In this document: positions 43,489 to 52,562 of the stretch, one piece after another
Layout: every line of letters starts with the position of its first letter
Position numbering within the stretch: the first letter of the stretch is position 1
Source of the DNA: Oscillospiraceae bacterium
GTDB lineage: Bacteria > Bacillota > Clostridia > Oscillospirales > Ruminococcaceae
Reading direction: 5' to 3'
DNA: 64,000 nt
Assembly: GCA_017430465.1 (NCBI GenBank)
Contig: JAFRMZ010000276.1
Span: 3,957 to 67,956, forward strand
The notes under the pieces: generated by a model
What the model was told of the DNA's origin: nothing
The model's input: the letters and a program-made list of their open reading frames with translations, nothing else
The model's database searches: none
Made by a program: the position numbers and the translations under genes

Positions 43489-46044
43489 ATGAGATTATTG
43501 GTGATTGACGGCAACAGCATTATTAATCGGGCATATTACGGAATTCGCCCGCTGTCGAATCATAAGGGTGTGTTCACAAATGCACTGTTCGGATTTATGA
43601 ATATTTATCTGAAAACAGTCGGTGATGTAAAACCCGATGAAATTGCAGTCGCATTTGACCTCAAAGCTCCTACATTCCGTCATCAGGCGGATGCAGAATA
43701 TAAATCAAACAGAAAGGGAATGCCCGATGAACTCGCCATGCAGATGCCCTATCTGAAAGAGATTCTGAAATATATGGGCATTTCCTGCCTCAGTGCCGAA
43801 GGCTTTGAAGCAGATGATATTCTCGGCACGCTCGCTGATGCCTGCGACAAATCCGGCGAAGAATGTGTCATTCTGACAGGTGACAGAGACAGTCTGCAAT
43901 TGATTACAGATAAAGTCACAGTTCATCTTGCAACAAATCATAAAAATATTATCTATACACCAGAGGTGTTTCAGGCAGAATACGGTTTTGAGCCGGTGCA
44001 TCTGATTGATTTGAAAGCCCTTATGGGAGATACTTCCGACCATATTTCGGGAGTAAAGGGCATCGGCGAAAAAACGGCAAAATCTTTAATTCAGAACTGG
44101 CACAGTATCGAAAATCTATATGCAAATCTGGAAGATGTGCAGACTACTCCCAGAGTGAAGAAATTACTGCTCGAAGGCCGGAAAGATGCGCAGAACAGTA
44201 AATTTCTTGCTACTATTGTGAAGAATGCGCCTGTTTCAGTAAAACTTTCTGATTATCTTCCGAAAGAACAGGATTCCGAAAATCTCAGAAAATTACTGAC
44301 AGAACTCGAAATGTATAAGCTTCTGGAGCGTCTGCATCTCGAACCGCTCGCCGGAATTGATACCGAAACTGCCGAAGAAGTGCAGGAAGATGCTCCCTCT
44401 TTACAGAAGGTCGGGTATCTGGTGATTGAAAATTCAAAAATACCCGTTGCCTATCGGCTGACGGCCGGAGAAAGTTTCGGCTCTGAAAAAATGCTTTCCG
44501 TCTGCGTGCAGAATCAGTTGTTTGTGACCGAAGATGAAAATTTGATTTTGCATTTTCTGGAATCCGATTTGCAGAAAATTACTGATGATGCCAAACCGCA
44601 TTATCATTATGCATTCGAGCACGGAAGAAAACTCAGGAATATTATGTTTGATGCTTCTGTTGCCGGTTATCTGCTGAATCCGTCTGCATCGGATTACAGC
44701 GTTCAGGCATTATGCGCCCAGCTTCATGCACCGTATTATCAGGAAGAATTGCAGGAGTATGCTGATTTGTATGCGTTGCAGAAACTGGCGGAAAAGGCTC
44801 TGCATCAGCTCGAAAAAGATGATATGCTTGCATTGTTTCATGAAATCGAACTGCCACTTACAAGAGTGCTCGCTTCTATGGAATATGAAGGGGTTCTGGT
44901 TGACATACAGGGGATTCAGGAATTCGGCAGAAAACTCACTTCCAGAATCGCCGAAATCCAGAAACAGATTTATGAACTCGCCGGCGAATCGTTCAATATT
45001 GCCTCCCCGAAACAGCTTGGTGCGATTCTGTTCGAGAAATTACAGCTCCCTGTCAAAAAGAAAACAAAAACAGGTTATTCCACAAATGCCGAAGTACTCG
45101 AAGAACTCCGTGACAAGCACGAAATTGTGGATTTGATTCTTGCATATCGGCAGTATACAAAATTACAGTCCACTTATGTGGACGGACTTCTGAAAACTGT
45201 TGCTGATGACGGCAGAATCCACACGAATTATAAACAGACCGAAACCAGAACAGGACGCATTTCCTCTACTGAACCCAATCTTCAGAACATTCCCGTCCGG
45301 ACGGAATTAGGCCGTCAGATGCGAAAATTCTTTAAAGCAGGAGAGGGGAATCTTCTGCTTGATGCCGACTACAGTCAGATTGAACTCCGGCTGATGGCAC
45401 ATCTAAGTCAGGATAAGGCCATGCAGGAAGCCTTTTTATCCGGTGCGGATATTCATACTGCAACTGCCGCTAAAATTATGAAAATTCCGGAATCAGAAGT
45501 CACTTCGCGGATGAGAAGTGCTGCAAAAGCAATCAATTTCGGAATTCTCTACGGAATGGGAGCGTTTTCACTCTCGAAAGATATTCATGTCACAAAACAG
45601 GAAGCTCAGAAATATATTGATGACTACCTCGGTTCGTTTCCGAATGTTTCCGGTTTTCTGGATAAAATTGTAGAAGATGCTAAGAAATCCGGCTATGTCT
45701 GCACAATGTATCACCGGAGAAGATACGTTCCGGAATTGCAGTCCAAAAACAAGCAGATTCAGTCCGCCGGAAAACGCATCGCCATGAATACACCGGTGCA
45801 GGGCACTGCTGCCGATATTATCAAACTGGCAATGATTCGTGTTTATGACAGACTCGAAAAAGAAGTTCCGACAGCTAAATTATTATTGCAAGTGCATGAT
45901 GAACTGATTCTGGAAGTGCCTCTCGCTGATGCCGAAAAAGCAACGCAGATACTCCACGAAGAAATGATTCATGTTGCAGAACTCGCCGTTCCGCTTACTG
46001 CTGATGTGAACAGAGGGGAAACTTGGTACGATGCAAAAGGTTAA
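43489..46044 (+). CDS. polA: DNA polymerase I
   Basis: Start at ATG 43489 (MRLLVIDGNSIINRAYYG) behind AGGAGGA. 5'-nuclease domain and family-A polymerase motifs DYSQIELR and QVHDELI. Confidence 0.95.
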   Translation: MRLLVIDGNSIINRAYYGIRPLSNHKGVFTNALFGFMNIYLKTVGDVKPDEIAVAFDLKAPTFRHQADAEYKSNRKGMPDELAMQMPYLKEILKYMGISCLSAEGFEADDILGTLADACDKSGEECVILTGDRDSLQLITDKVTVHLATNHKNIIYTPEVFQAEYGFEPVHLIDLKALMGDTSDHISGVKGIGEKTAKSLIQNWHSIENLYANLEDVQTTPRVKKLLLEGRKDAQNSKFLATIVKNAPVSVKLSDYLPKEQDSENLRKLLTELEMYKLLERLHLEPLAGIDTETAEEVQEDAPSLQKVGYLVIENSKIPVAYRLTAGESFGSEKMLSVCVQNQLFVTEDENLILHFLESDLQKITDDAKPHYHYAFEHGRKLRNIMFDASVAGYLLNPSASDYSVQALCAQLHAPYYQEELQEYADLYALQKLAEKALHQLEKDDMLALFHEIELPLTRVLASMEYEGVLVDIQGIQEFGRKLTSRIAEIQKQIYELAGESFNIASPKQLGAILFEKLQLPVKKKTKTGYSTNAEVLEELRDKHEIVDLILAYRQYTKLQSTYVDGLLKTVADDGRIHTNYKQTETRTGRISSTEPNLQNIPVRTELGRQMRKFFKAGEGNLLLDADYSQIELRLMAHLSQDKAMQEAFLSGADIHTATAAKIMKIPESEVTSRMRSAAKAINFGILYGMGAFSLSKDIHVTKQEAQKYIDDYLGSFPNVSGFLDKIVEDAKKSGYVCTMYHRRRYVPELQSKNKQIQSAGKRIAMNTPVQGTAADIIKLAMIRVYDRLEKEVPTAKLLLQVHDELILEVPLADAEKATQILHEEMIHVAELAVPLTADVNRGETWYDAKG

Positions 46045-46483
46045 AATTCTGAAACTCTCTCCAGAAGATGCACAACTGCTCCAAAAATGTGCAGAACTCG
46101 AAAAAATCTGCATTCCAGAAGAAGCTTGGAGTCTGGAAAGTTTCCGTTCCGAAGCTGGAAAGCCATCCGGCTTTGTGCTCGCCGCACTGGAGGAAAACCG
46201 GAAACTTGCCGGATTTCTTACAGCTTCCTGCATTCTGGATACCGCAGATTTGACAAATATCGCCGTTGCGCCGGAATATCGCCGGCGGGGCATTGCTGGA
46301 CTGCTCCTGAAAAAATTATGTGCCGAAATCGGAAAAGTCAGCCTGTTTCTCGAAGTGCGGGAATCGAATCTTCCGGCACGGAGTTTTTATCAGAAACATG
46401 GCTTTGAACAGGTCGGCATCCGGAAAAATTTTTATCAGCATCCGGATGAAAATGCAATTTTAATGAAATTAGAAAGTGAGTGA
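46031..46483 (+). CDS. rimI: ribosomal-protein-alanine N-acetyltransferase
   Basis: 150 aa. GNAT motif NIAVAPEYRRRGIAGLLL. Overlaps the polA end and precedes tsaD. Confidence 0.8.
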   Translation: MQKVKILKLSPEDAQLLQKCAELEKICIPEEAWSLESFRSEAGKPSGFVLAALEENRKLAGFLTASCILDTADLTNIAVAPEYRRRGIAGLLLKKLCAEIGKVSLFLEVRESNLPARSFYQKHGFEQVGIRKNFYQHPDENAILMKLESE

Positions 46484-46488
46484 ACCTC

Positions 46489-47511
46489 ATGTTGATTTTA
46501 GGTATTGAAAGTTCCTGCGATGAAACTGCCGCAAGTGTCGTGAAAGATTGTACAGAACTGAAATCTTCCGTCATCGCTTCACAAGCTCTTGAGCATCAGA
46601 AATACGGCGGTGTCGTGCCGGAACTCGCTTCCAGAAGACATTGCGAAAATATTCTGTCTACAGTACAGCAGGCTCTGACAGAAGCAGATGTTACAATAGA
46701 ACAGCTTGACGGCATCGCCGTGACCTATACCCCCGGATTAATCGGCGCATTGCTGGTCGGAGTGAATTTCGCAAAGGGTCTGGCTTTCGCCGCCGGAAAA
46801 CCTCTGATTCCGGTACATCATATTACAGGACATATTGCGGCAAATTATCTGGTGCATCCGGAACTGAAACCGCCTTATCTGTGTCTTGTGGTCAGCGGAG
46901 GTCATACTATGCTTGTCGAAGTAACAGAATATACAAAATTTCAGATTCTCGGCACAACAAGAGACGATGCCGCCGGAGAATGCTTCGATAAATGCGCCCG
47001 TGTGCTGGGATATCCCTATCCGGGCGGTGTGCAGATTGATAAGGCCTCTCAGACGGGCGATGCGAAAAAATATACACTTCCACGGCCGAGAGTCGCCGGC
47101 AGTGAGCTCGACTGTAGCTTTTCCGGTCTGAAAACAGCAGTCATCAATATGGTGCATCACGCCGAGCAAATCGGCGAACCTGTTGATGCTCCCTCAATGG
47201 CGGCAAGTCTGCAAAAGACAGTTTCGCAAATCCTGACCGAAAAAACAGAACTCGCTGCTCAGAAAACAGGTTATACAACCATCGCAATGGCCGGAGGGGT
47301 TTCAGCAAATTCCGGACTTCGGAACGCAATGCAGAGCATGTGCGAAAAACATAGCTATCAGTTATACATGCCGCCGCTGTCGCTCTGCGGTGATAATGCC
47401 GCAATGATTGCCTGTCAGGGGGCATATAATTTCTTGGCCGGCATCACGGCGGATGAAACGCTTAACGCTTACGCTTCGGGCACGGCTATCGGCGAAATGA
47501 AAGAAACATGA
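46489..47511 (+). CDS. tsaD: tRNA N6-adenosine threonylcarbamoyltransferase
   Basis: MLILGIESSCDETAASV N-terminus and Kae1/TsaD motifs. A GTG at 46480 is an alternative start. Confidence 0.92.
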   Translation: MLILGIESSCDETAASVVKDCTELKSSVIASQALEHQKYGGVVPELASRRHCENILSTVQQALTEADVTIEQLDGIAVTYTPGLIGALLVGVNFAKGLAFAAGKPLIPVHHITGHIAANYLVHPELKPPYLCLVVSGGHTMLVEVTEYTKFQILGTTRDDAAGECFDKCARVLGYPYPGGVQIDKASQTGDAKKYTLPRPRVAGSELDCSFSGLKTAVINMVHHAEQIGEPVDAPSMAASLQKTVSQILTEKTELAAQKTGYTTIAMAGGVSANSGLRNAMQSMCEKHSYQLYMPPLSLCGDNAAMIACQGAYNFLAGITADETLNAYASGTAIGEMKET

Positions 47512-47517
47512 AAAAAC

Positions 47518-47545
47518 GCTGTACTGAATTGAATTTCAGTACAGC
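47518..47545. terminator. bidirectional terminator between tsaD and the Wzy_C-like gene
   Basis: 11-bp perfect stem gctgtactgaa / ttcagtacagc, with an A-run before and a T-run after. Confidence 0.75.
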
Positions 47546-47554
47546 ATTTTCTGT

Positions 47555-48886
47555 CTATACTTTTTGTTCTGGTATTCTGTAAGTAAGCCCAAGTATGCAG
47601 AAAAACAATGGCGCAGTATAGAACATGGTATTCCCAAAAAAAGCAGAAACACAATAGCCAAATACTGTAACAAGTGCGGCAGTAGTATATCCGTCAAGAC
47701 AGGATTTTCGTTTCAGTGCCCTCAAAAACAGGCTCAGAATTCCGGCGATATAGCAGATTCCCGCTGGAATTCCATAAAATGCCATATATTGCAGGTATTC
47801 GTTATGTGTTCTAGTATTTTTAGCAGATTCTGTAAGAAAATCAGCAATGCCTTCTGTACCACTTCCAAGCAGAGGCTTTTCTTGGATTTTCTGTATTGTA
47901 TATTTCCAAAGTCTCCAGCGGCCGCTACCGGCTTTGCTAGCATCTTCATTTTTTTCAGCAATATTTTGAATATCTCTGAATAGTAAATAAAAATCACTCA
48001 AAACAGTATCAAAAAAGAAAGCTGCTGTCAGATTGACAGCGATATATCCCACCCAAAGCAGAACGGCTTTTTTATTGATTTGTTTCTGCATAATAAATAG
48101 CATGATAATCTGAAATATCAAAGCGAACAAACAAGCTAGAAAAGAACCGAAAGTAAGGTTTATCGCCAACATGAAAGTATTCAGCAAAAATGAAATCCAG
48201 TAAAATAAAGTCCATCCTCTTTTTTTTTCCCATACAGCCAGTCCGGCACTTGCCATAATCAGCATGGTTAAATAGTAACCATAGTGATTCGGATTTAAGA
48301 AAACAGCATTTATATAGTAATCAGGATAGTGGATTAATGGTTCTATCGTGAAAGCATAGTGATGAAGCAGTGTAGCAATGCCTATTAGCATTCCACTGAA
48401 CAAAAATGCTCGAAACAGAATCTTTTTCAGTTCAGATGTTCTGATGACTGTACCGCAGAAGAAAAATACAAGAATGTATCTCATAAAAGAAGATGATGTC
48501 TCCTCTCTCCAGATAACGCCATGTAATGCATATTCTGACCAGCCGTTGACAGAATCAGAAAGAAATATCAGTGCCGCAAGCGTTCCCAGAAACAGTATTG
48601 GCAGATATTCATGAAGTTTTCTCTTTTTTGATTCAACCGAAATTTTTCCCAGACAAAGCAGGTATACTACAAGTGCTAATACAGTTGCAATCAACGTTAC
48701 ATCTAAGATAATAAAAGAATACATCCACATAGTAAAGAAATTAATCAGCAGATATAACAATGGGGTTATCAGCGTAAGAAAAATTGGAATAAATGCAAGA
48801 AATTCAATTTCCTGCCATGTGAGTAGAGTCAAGATTTCTTTCAGCGTTTTGGCAGACTGATATTTTTTAAGAAATGCTAATTTCAT
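47555..48886 (-). CDS. O-antigen ligase / Wzy_C family polytopic membrane protein (candidate pilin O-oligosaccharyltransferase)
   Basis: 443 aa with about 10-12 TM helices. Periplasmic-loop motif GSGRWRLWKYTIQKIQEKPLLGSGTEG...RTHNEYLQYMAFYGIPAG. The ATG lies 6 nt after the pilin stop. Confidence 0.8.
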   Translation of the reverse strand: MKLAFLKKYQSAKTLKEILTLLTWQEIEFLAFIPIFLTLITPLLYLLINFFTMWMYSFIILDVTLIATVLALVVYLLCLGKISVESKKRKLHEYLPILFLGTLAALIFLSDSVNGWSEYALHGVIWREETSSSFMRYILVFFFCGTVIRTSELKKILFRAFLFSGMLIGIATLLHHYAFTIEPLIHYPDYYINAVFLNPNHYGYYLTMLIMASAGLAVWEKKRGWTLFYWISFLLNTFMLAINLTFGSFLACLFALIFQIIMLFIMQKQINKKAVLLWVGYIAVNLTAAFFFDTVLSDFYLLFRDIQNIAEKNEDASKAGSGRWRLWKYTIQKIQEKPLLGSGTEGIADFLTESAKNTRTHNEYLQYMAFYGIPAGICYIAGILSLFLRALKRKSCLDGYTTAALVTVFGYCVSAFFGNTMFYTAPLFFCILGLTYRIPEQKV

Positions 48887-48892
48887 GAATGG

Positions 48893-49402
48893 TTATTCTC
48901 CCTTTTCTGCCCAGTCGAGAACATCAACAGCAGAAGAAAATGCGGAATTTTTAGCATATCCGTCAGAAGTTTCTTCTGATTCGGTGTTATGAGGAAATGC
49001 GCCGTAATAACCCTTTGTGTTGACAGCAGTCCCTAACACTGCTTTTGCACTGACACGATAAGCGGCCGCATCAAGGTCTTCTACGCCTTTGAAATATTTA
49101 CGAATTTTTGCGGCCATAGCCTGTTCTGCTGTAGGAGAACTGCCTTCGCCGGCATCTGCTTTTTCTTTTGTCCACTGAAAATCTGTTACGGCGGAAGTGA
49201 GCACAATTCCTTCAGTATCCAGTTCAGTCAGTGAGGTGACAGCGGCATTAGAAAGTGATTTTGCGTTGGAATTGGCAGTAGAAACCTGAGCTTTCTTGAC
49301 ATATCCGAGCATGGACGGCACAAGAAGCCCTGCCAGTACACCAATAATTGCAATCACAACAATCAGTTCTACCAGTGTAAAGCCGTGTAAATTTTTTTTC
49401 AT
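48893..49402 (-). CDS. type IV pilin (PilA-like), paralogue 1
   Basis: Start at ATG 49402. MKKNLHG/FTLVELIVVIAIIGVLAGLLVPSMLGYVKKA with Glu+5. 169 aa. Confidence 0.9.
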   Translation of the reverse strand: MKKNLHGFTLVELIVVIAIIGVLAGLLVPSMLGYVKKAQVSTANSNAKSLSNAAVTSLTELDTEGIVLTSAVTDFQWTKEKADAGEGSSPTAEQAMAAKIRKYFKGVEDLDAAAYRVSAKAVLGTAVNTKGYYGAFPHNTESEETSDGYAKNSAFSSAVDVLDWAEKGE

Positions 49403-49463
49403 AAAAAATCCCTTCTTTCTTTTTTTGAAAATTTTTAAAAGCAGATTCATACTTATTTCATAT

Positions 49464-49492
49464 ATTATAGCATAATCAGCAACATTTGTCAA
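49464..49492 (-). promoter_or_regulatory. near-consensus sigma-A promoter of pilin paralogue 1
   Basis: Minus strand reads TTGACA (49492..49487), 17 nt, TATAAT (49469..49464), with TGC 5' of the -10 box. Confidence 0.55.
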
Positions 49493-49629
49493 GGGATGAG
49501 TGCATTTTTTCGCTATATTTAAACGTTTTCGGAAAAATATTATTCTGCTGGCATATAAAGTGTTTTTCAGCCACAACTAAAGACGGGTATCTATAGTATT
49601 TTTTGGCAGTTTATTAAATGTTTTAAGAT

Positions 49630-49662
49630 AAAAAACAGCCCCTCCCAAAAGGAAGGGGCTGT
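49630..49662 (-). terminator. strong rho-independent terminator after pilin paralogue 2
   Basis: Minus strand reads acagcccct...aggggctgt hairpin followed by TTTTTTAT. Confidence 0.8.
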
Positions 49663-49705
49663 TGCATTTCAGATTAAATCTGTAGTGTTACTTTGTGCTA
49701 TTTGC

Positions 49706-50203
49706 TTAAGAAGTAACCGTGAGAGCACCAGTAGTACCATCAATGGAAGCACTACCGCCGTTCTGAACAGCTTCCGGATAAGCACCCATGTAATTGCCCT
49801 TTTTGCAGATAGCGGCTGTGCAGGCATTCTTTACAATACCAAGTTCAACGTCTGTCAGACCCTTCAGTGTGGATTCACCAACAGCCTGTTTGAAAGAATC
49901 AACAAATGTAGTAGTAGCATCACTGCAGGAAGGTGTGCCAGCAGCAGCAACAGCAATTGTAAGCTTGCCTGTAACCTTGTTCGCCGCACTGAATACCGTA
50001 GCACCAGCAGTATCGCAGTCTGTAACAGCAGTAGCAGCAGCGTTGTAGATGGTCTTAGCGTTGGAGTTAACAGCAGACTGGTTAGCCTTCTTTACATAAC
50101 CCAGCATGGACGGTACGAGGATTGCAGCGAGTACACCGATGATTGCGATAACTACGATAAGTTCTACCAGTGTAAAGCCCTTGACGTTCTTTCTTGTTTT
50201 CAT
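49706..50203 (-). CDS. type IV pilin, Ala/Thr-rich (probable major pilin)
   Basis: 165 aa. MKTRKNVKG/FTLVELIVVIAIIGVLAAILVPSMLGYVKKA. GGAGGT RBS, own promoter and strong terminator. Confidence 0.9.
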   Translation of the reverse strand: MKTRKNVKGFTLVELIVVIAIIGVLAAILVPSMLGYVKKANQSAVNSNAKTIYNAAATAVTDCDTAGATVFSAANKVTGKLTIAVAAAGTPSCSDATTTFVDSFKQAVGESTLKGLTDVELGIVKNACTAAICKKGNYMGAYPEAVQNGGSASIDGTTGALTVTS

Positions 50204-50316
50204 AGTGAAAACCTCCTTATAATAAATAATTAATTAGTTTTGCAGTGCGTTTTTCGACTGCGTCTTCTGGAATTCACCGTTTTTATTTTTCGTACCGGTG
50301 TTTTCCTTACAAGTAT

Positions 50317-50345
50317 AGTATAGCACATGTCTAAAGTTTTGTCAA
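50317..50345 (-). promoter_or_regulatory. near-consensus sigma-A promoter of the probable major pilin
   Basis: Minus strand reads TTGACA (50345..50340), 17 nt, TATACT (50322..50317), with TGTGC 5' of the -10 box. Confidence 0.55.
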
Positions 50346-50941
50346 TACTTTTCGGAAAAAAAAACAAATTATGAACGAACTTTTACGAAATCGAAATCTA
50401 AATCGTTTAAGTTCGGGGCTTTTTCGTCAAATTGTACAATTTCAATCACGTCTTGTATACCCCTTAAAAATGCCTGAAATGCGCCGATTTGGAATGTTTT
50501 TATAGCATTCTGGATAATATTTCCTAAAATTATTCCCTTTTGTAGATGACGAAAAACAGGGCTTTTTTAGCTTCGCATTCTGTAATTGTTTGTTCACAAA
50601 TTACATATAGTATTTTCTGTTTATTTATATATTTTAAATAATCCAGTAACGTTTAAGACATATTTTATATTCAAATTTCCGCATAGTGAGAGGGAACAGG
50701 CATTGAAAAAAGCGGTTTTTAACTATGCTGTAGAAAAAGCTTGTGCTTTCTGCACAAAACAAATTTTTATAATATAATGAATATTTTTTTGAAATTCGTA
50801 TACTGTACAGAGATTCCGCCGGAAAGGATAATTTTCACCATGAATATACATAAAGTATTTTTTAAGAGATAATTACAGATAATATTATACGAATATCACA
50901 AAAAAAGCGAAAATCCGAAGCAAAATTCGTCCGCAAAAACA

Positions 50942-50970
50942 TTGACAAATTTTATTTTATGTGCTATAAT
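50942..50970 (+). promoter_or_regulatory. consensus sigma-A promoter of pilin paralogue 3
   Basis: TTGACA (50942..50947), 17 nt, TATAAT (50965..50970), with TGTGC 5' of the -10 box. Confidence 0.6.
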
Positions 50971-51053
50971 ATATTTAAGATTTAAATGTGAACAAATTAT
51001 GTACAGCATCTGAATTTATCATCCTCAATATTTCTAAGAAAGAAGGTTTTTTT

Positions 51054-51584
51054 ATGAACAAAAAAGTAAACGGTTTCACTCTGGTTGAACTGGTTGTTGT
51101 GATTGCCATCCTCGGTGTATTGGCAGGTTTGCTTGTCCCCAGTATGCTGGGCTATGTATTCAAAGCGAAAGTAAGTGCAGTAAATTCCAATGCACGTAAC
51201 CTTTCCAAAGCGGCGATTACGTCTCTTACAGAGCTTGATACGGAAGGCATAGCACTCAGTGCTCAGAACTTTGTCTGGAAAAAAGACCTTGCTGATGGTT
51301 GGGACAATAAAACAAATCATAGTGCAGAGGCGGCAATGGCCTCTAAAATCCGTAAATATTATAACGGTGTCGAAAAGCTGGACGGTGCTTTATGCAGAAT
51401 CACCACAAATTCTGTCGTAGCTGTTGCTGTAGAAGATAATTCCATGTATGGTGCTTATCCGAATAAGACGCAGGGTTCTCAGACAGAAGACGGCTATGTA
51501 AAAGACTTAAGATTCAATTTAGAAAACGCAAATGGTCAGGAACGCCTGTTAGACTGGGCGGAGAATGGCGAAATAGATTCTTAA
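51054..51584 (+). CDS. type IV pilin, paralogue 3 (related to paralogue 1)
   Basis: Start at ATG 51054. MNKKVNG/FTLVELVVVIAILGVLAGLLVPSMLGYVFKA. Shares ITSLTELDTEGIxL, KIRKYxxGVExLD and LDWAExGE with 48893..49402. Confidence 0.9.
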   Translation: MNKKVNGFTLVELVVVIAILGVLAGLLVPSMLGYVFKAKVSAVNSNARNLSKAAITSLTELDTEGIALSAQNFVWKKDLADGWDNKTNHSAEAAMASKIRKYYNGVEKLDGALCRITTNSVVAVAVEDNSMYGAYPNKTQGSQTEDGYVKDLRFNLENANGQERLLDWAENGEIDS

Positions 51585-51648
51585 AAAAATTCCCTTTCCG
51601 GATTTTTCCGGAAGGGGATTTGTTTTTTCAGATGTTTCAGTAAAAAAA

Positions 51649-52164
51649 TCAGTATTCAATCCCAGCACGGGCAGAGATACCGTTCTGATAAGGATGCTTT
51701 ATTGCTTTAATTTCGCTGACATAGTCCGCCAGTTCAATAAACTGCGGTTCGGGGTTACGTCCGGTTAGAACCAGTTCTGTCTTGTTATGAATGCCGAATA
51801 CCAGACGGGTAGCAAGCTCACGGTCAAACAGATTGCAGTGATAAGCTGCAAAAAATTCATCCAGCACCAGCATATCTGTTTTGCCCTGATAAACATTCCC
51901 CATTGCTTCGGAGAGCATCTGGTTATGACGTTCTGTCAGGCGGGCTTTTGTTTCGTCATTCATCTGGAAGGTGAAGCCATAGTCCCTGTCGCATCTTAGA
52001 ACAGTAATTTCCGGAATCTTTTTCAGAATTTCGAGTTCAGAAGTCGGTGCACCTTTCAGAAACTGCACAAAATGTACACGCATACCATTTCCGGCGGCAC
52101 GCACGGCGAGTCCGAGGGCGGCGGTAGTTTTTCCTTTTCCGTCACCGCAGTAGATTTGAAGCAT
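51649..52164 (-). CDS. cobO: cob(I)yrinic acid a,c-diamide adenosyltransferase (CobO/BtuR type)
   Basis: 171 aa. P-loop GDGKGKTTAALG, LDEF and KHPYQNGISARAGIEY. Confidence 0.85.
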   Translation of the reverse strand: MLQIYCGDGKGKTTAALGLAVRAAGNGMRVHFVQFLKGAPTSELEILKKIPEITVLRCDRDYGFTFQMNDETKARLTERHNQMLSEAMGNVYQGKTDMLVLDEFFAAYHCNLFDRELATRLVFGIHNKTELVLTGRNPEPQFIELADYVSEIKAIKHPYQNGISARAGIEY

Positions 52165-52208
52165 AAAATTTTTCCTCCTTTTCAGATTTAGTTTTTACTT
52201 ATTATAAT

Positions 52209-52562
52209 TTATTCCTCAGAATTTTCTTTTTTATAAGTCAGAAGCAGTCCGATGGTCAGCATTACCGAACCTGCTCCGATAGCAGCACTTGTGCCGACAA
52301 TATTCCAGAAACGTCTTTTGCGTAGCTTTTCCGAAAGACTGGTATACAGTCTTTTTTCAGTTTCAGAGATTTCCTCATCCGGCAGAAGGGAAAATGCCGG
52401 CTTGCTTTTCTGTTTCCGGATAGTGGCATACTGGCGGTAATAATTCCGGCAGTTCCGGCATCCGCCCAGATGCTGGTGCACTGCTTTATGGGTTTCCGGA
52501 CTGAGTGAGCCATCATAATAGAGTTCTGCAATATCTGTCACTACTTTACAGTTCATGCTCAT
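52209..52562 (-). CDS. anti-sigma factor (zf-HC2 type), single TM
   Basis: 117 aa. H-x3-C-x2-C motif HQHLGGCRNCRNYY and a C-terminal TM. Overlaps the sigma gene end. Confidence 0.75.
   Translation of the reverse strand: MSMNCKVVTDIAELYYDGSLSPETHKAVHQHLGGCRNCRNYYRQYATIRKQKSKPAFSLLPDEEISETEKRLYTSLSEKLRKRRFWNIVGTSAAIGAGSVMLTIGLLLTYKKENSEE

Noticed and set aside
49685-50233. 182-aa plus-strand ORF
   Set aside because: It is antisense to the probable major pilin gene. The Ser/Cys/Asn-rich translation mirrors the pilin's Ala/Thr-rich composition.
50204-51053. c-di-GMP riboswitch, invertible promoter switch or small ORFs (e.g. 50586..50777) in the long pilin spacer
   Set aside because: I could not find the conserved GEMM-I/II core sequences, flanking inverted repeats of useful length or an adjacent recombinase. 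The 63-aa ORF has no RBS and an AT-driven composition. The spacer is kept as an open question in the findings rather than as a feature.
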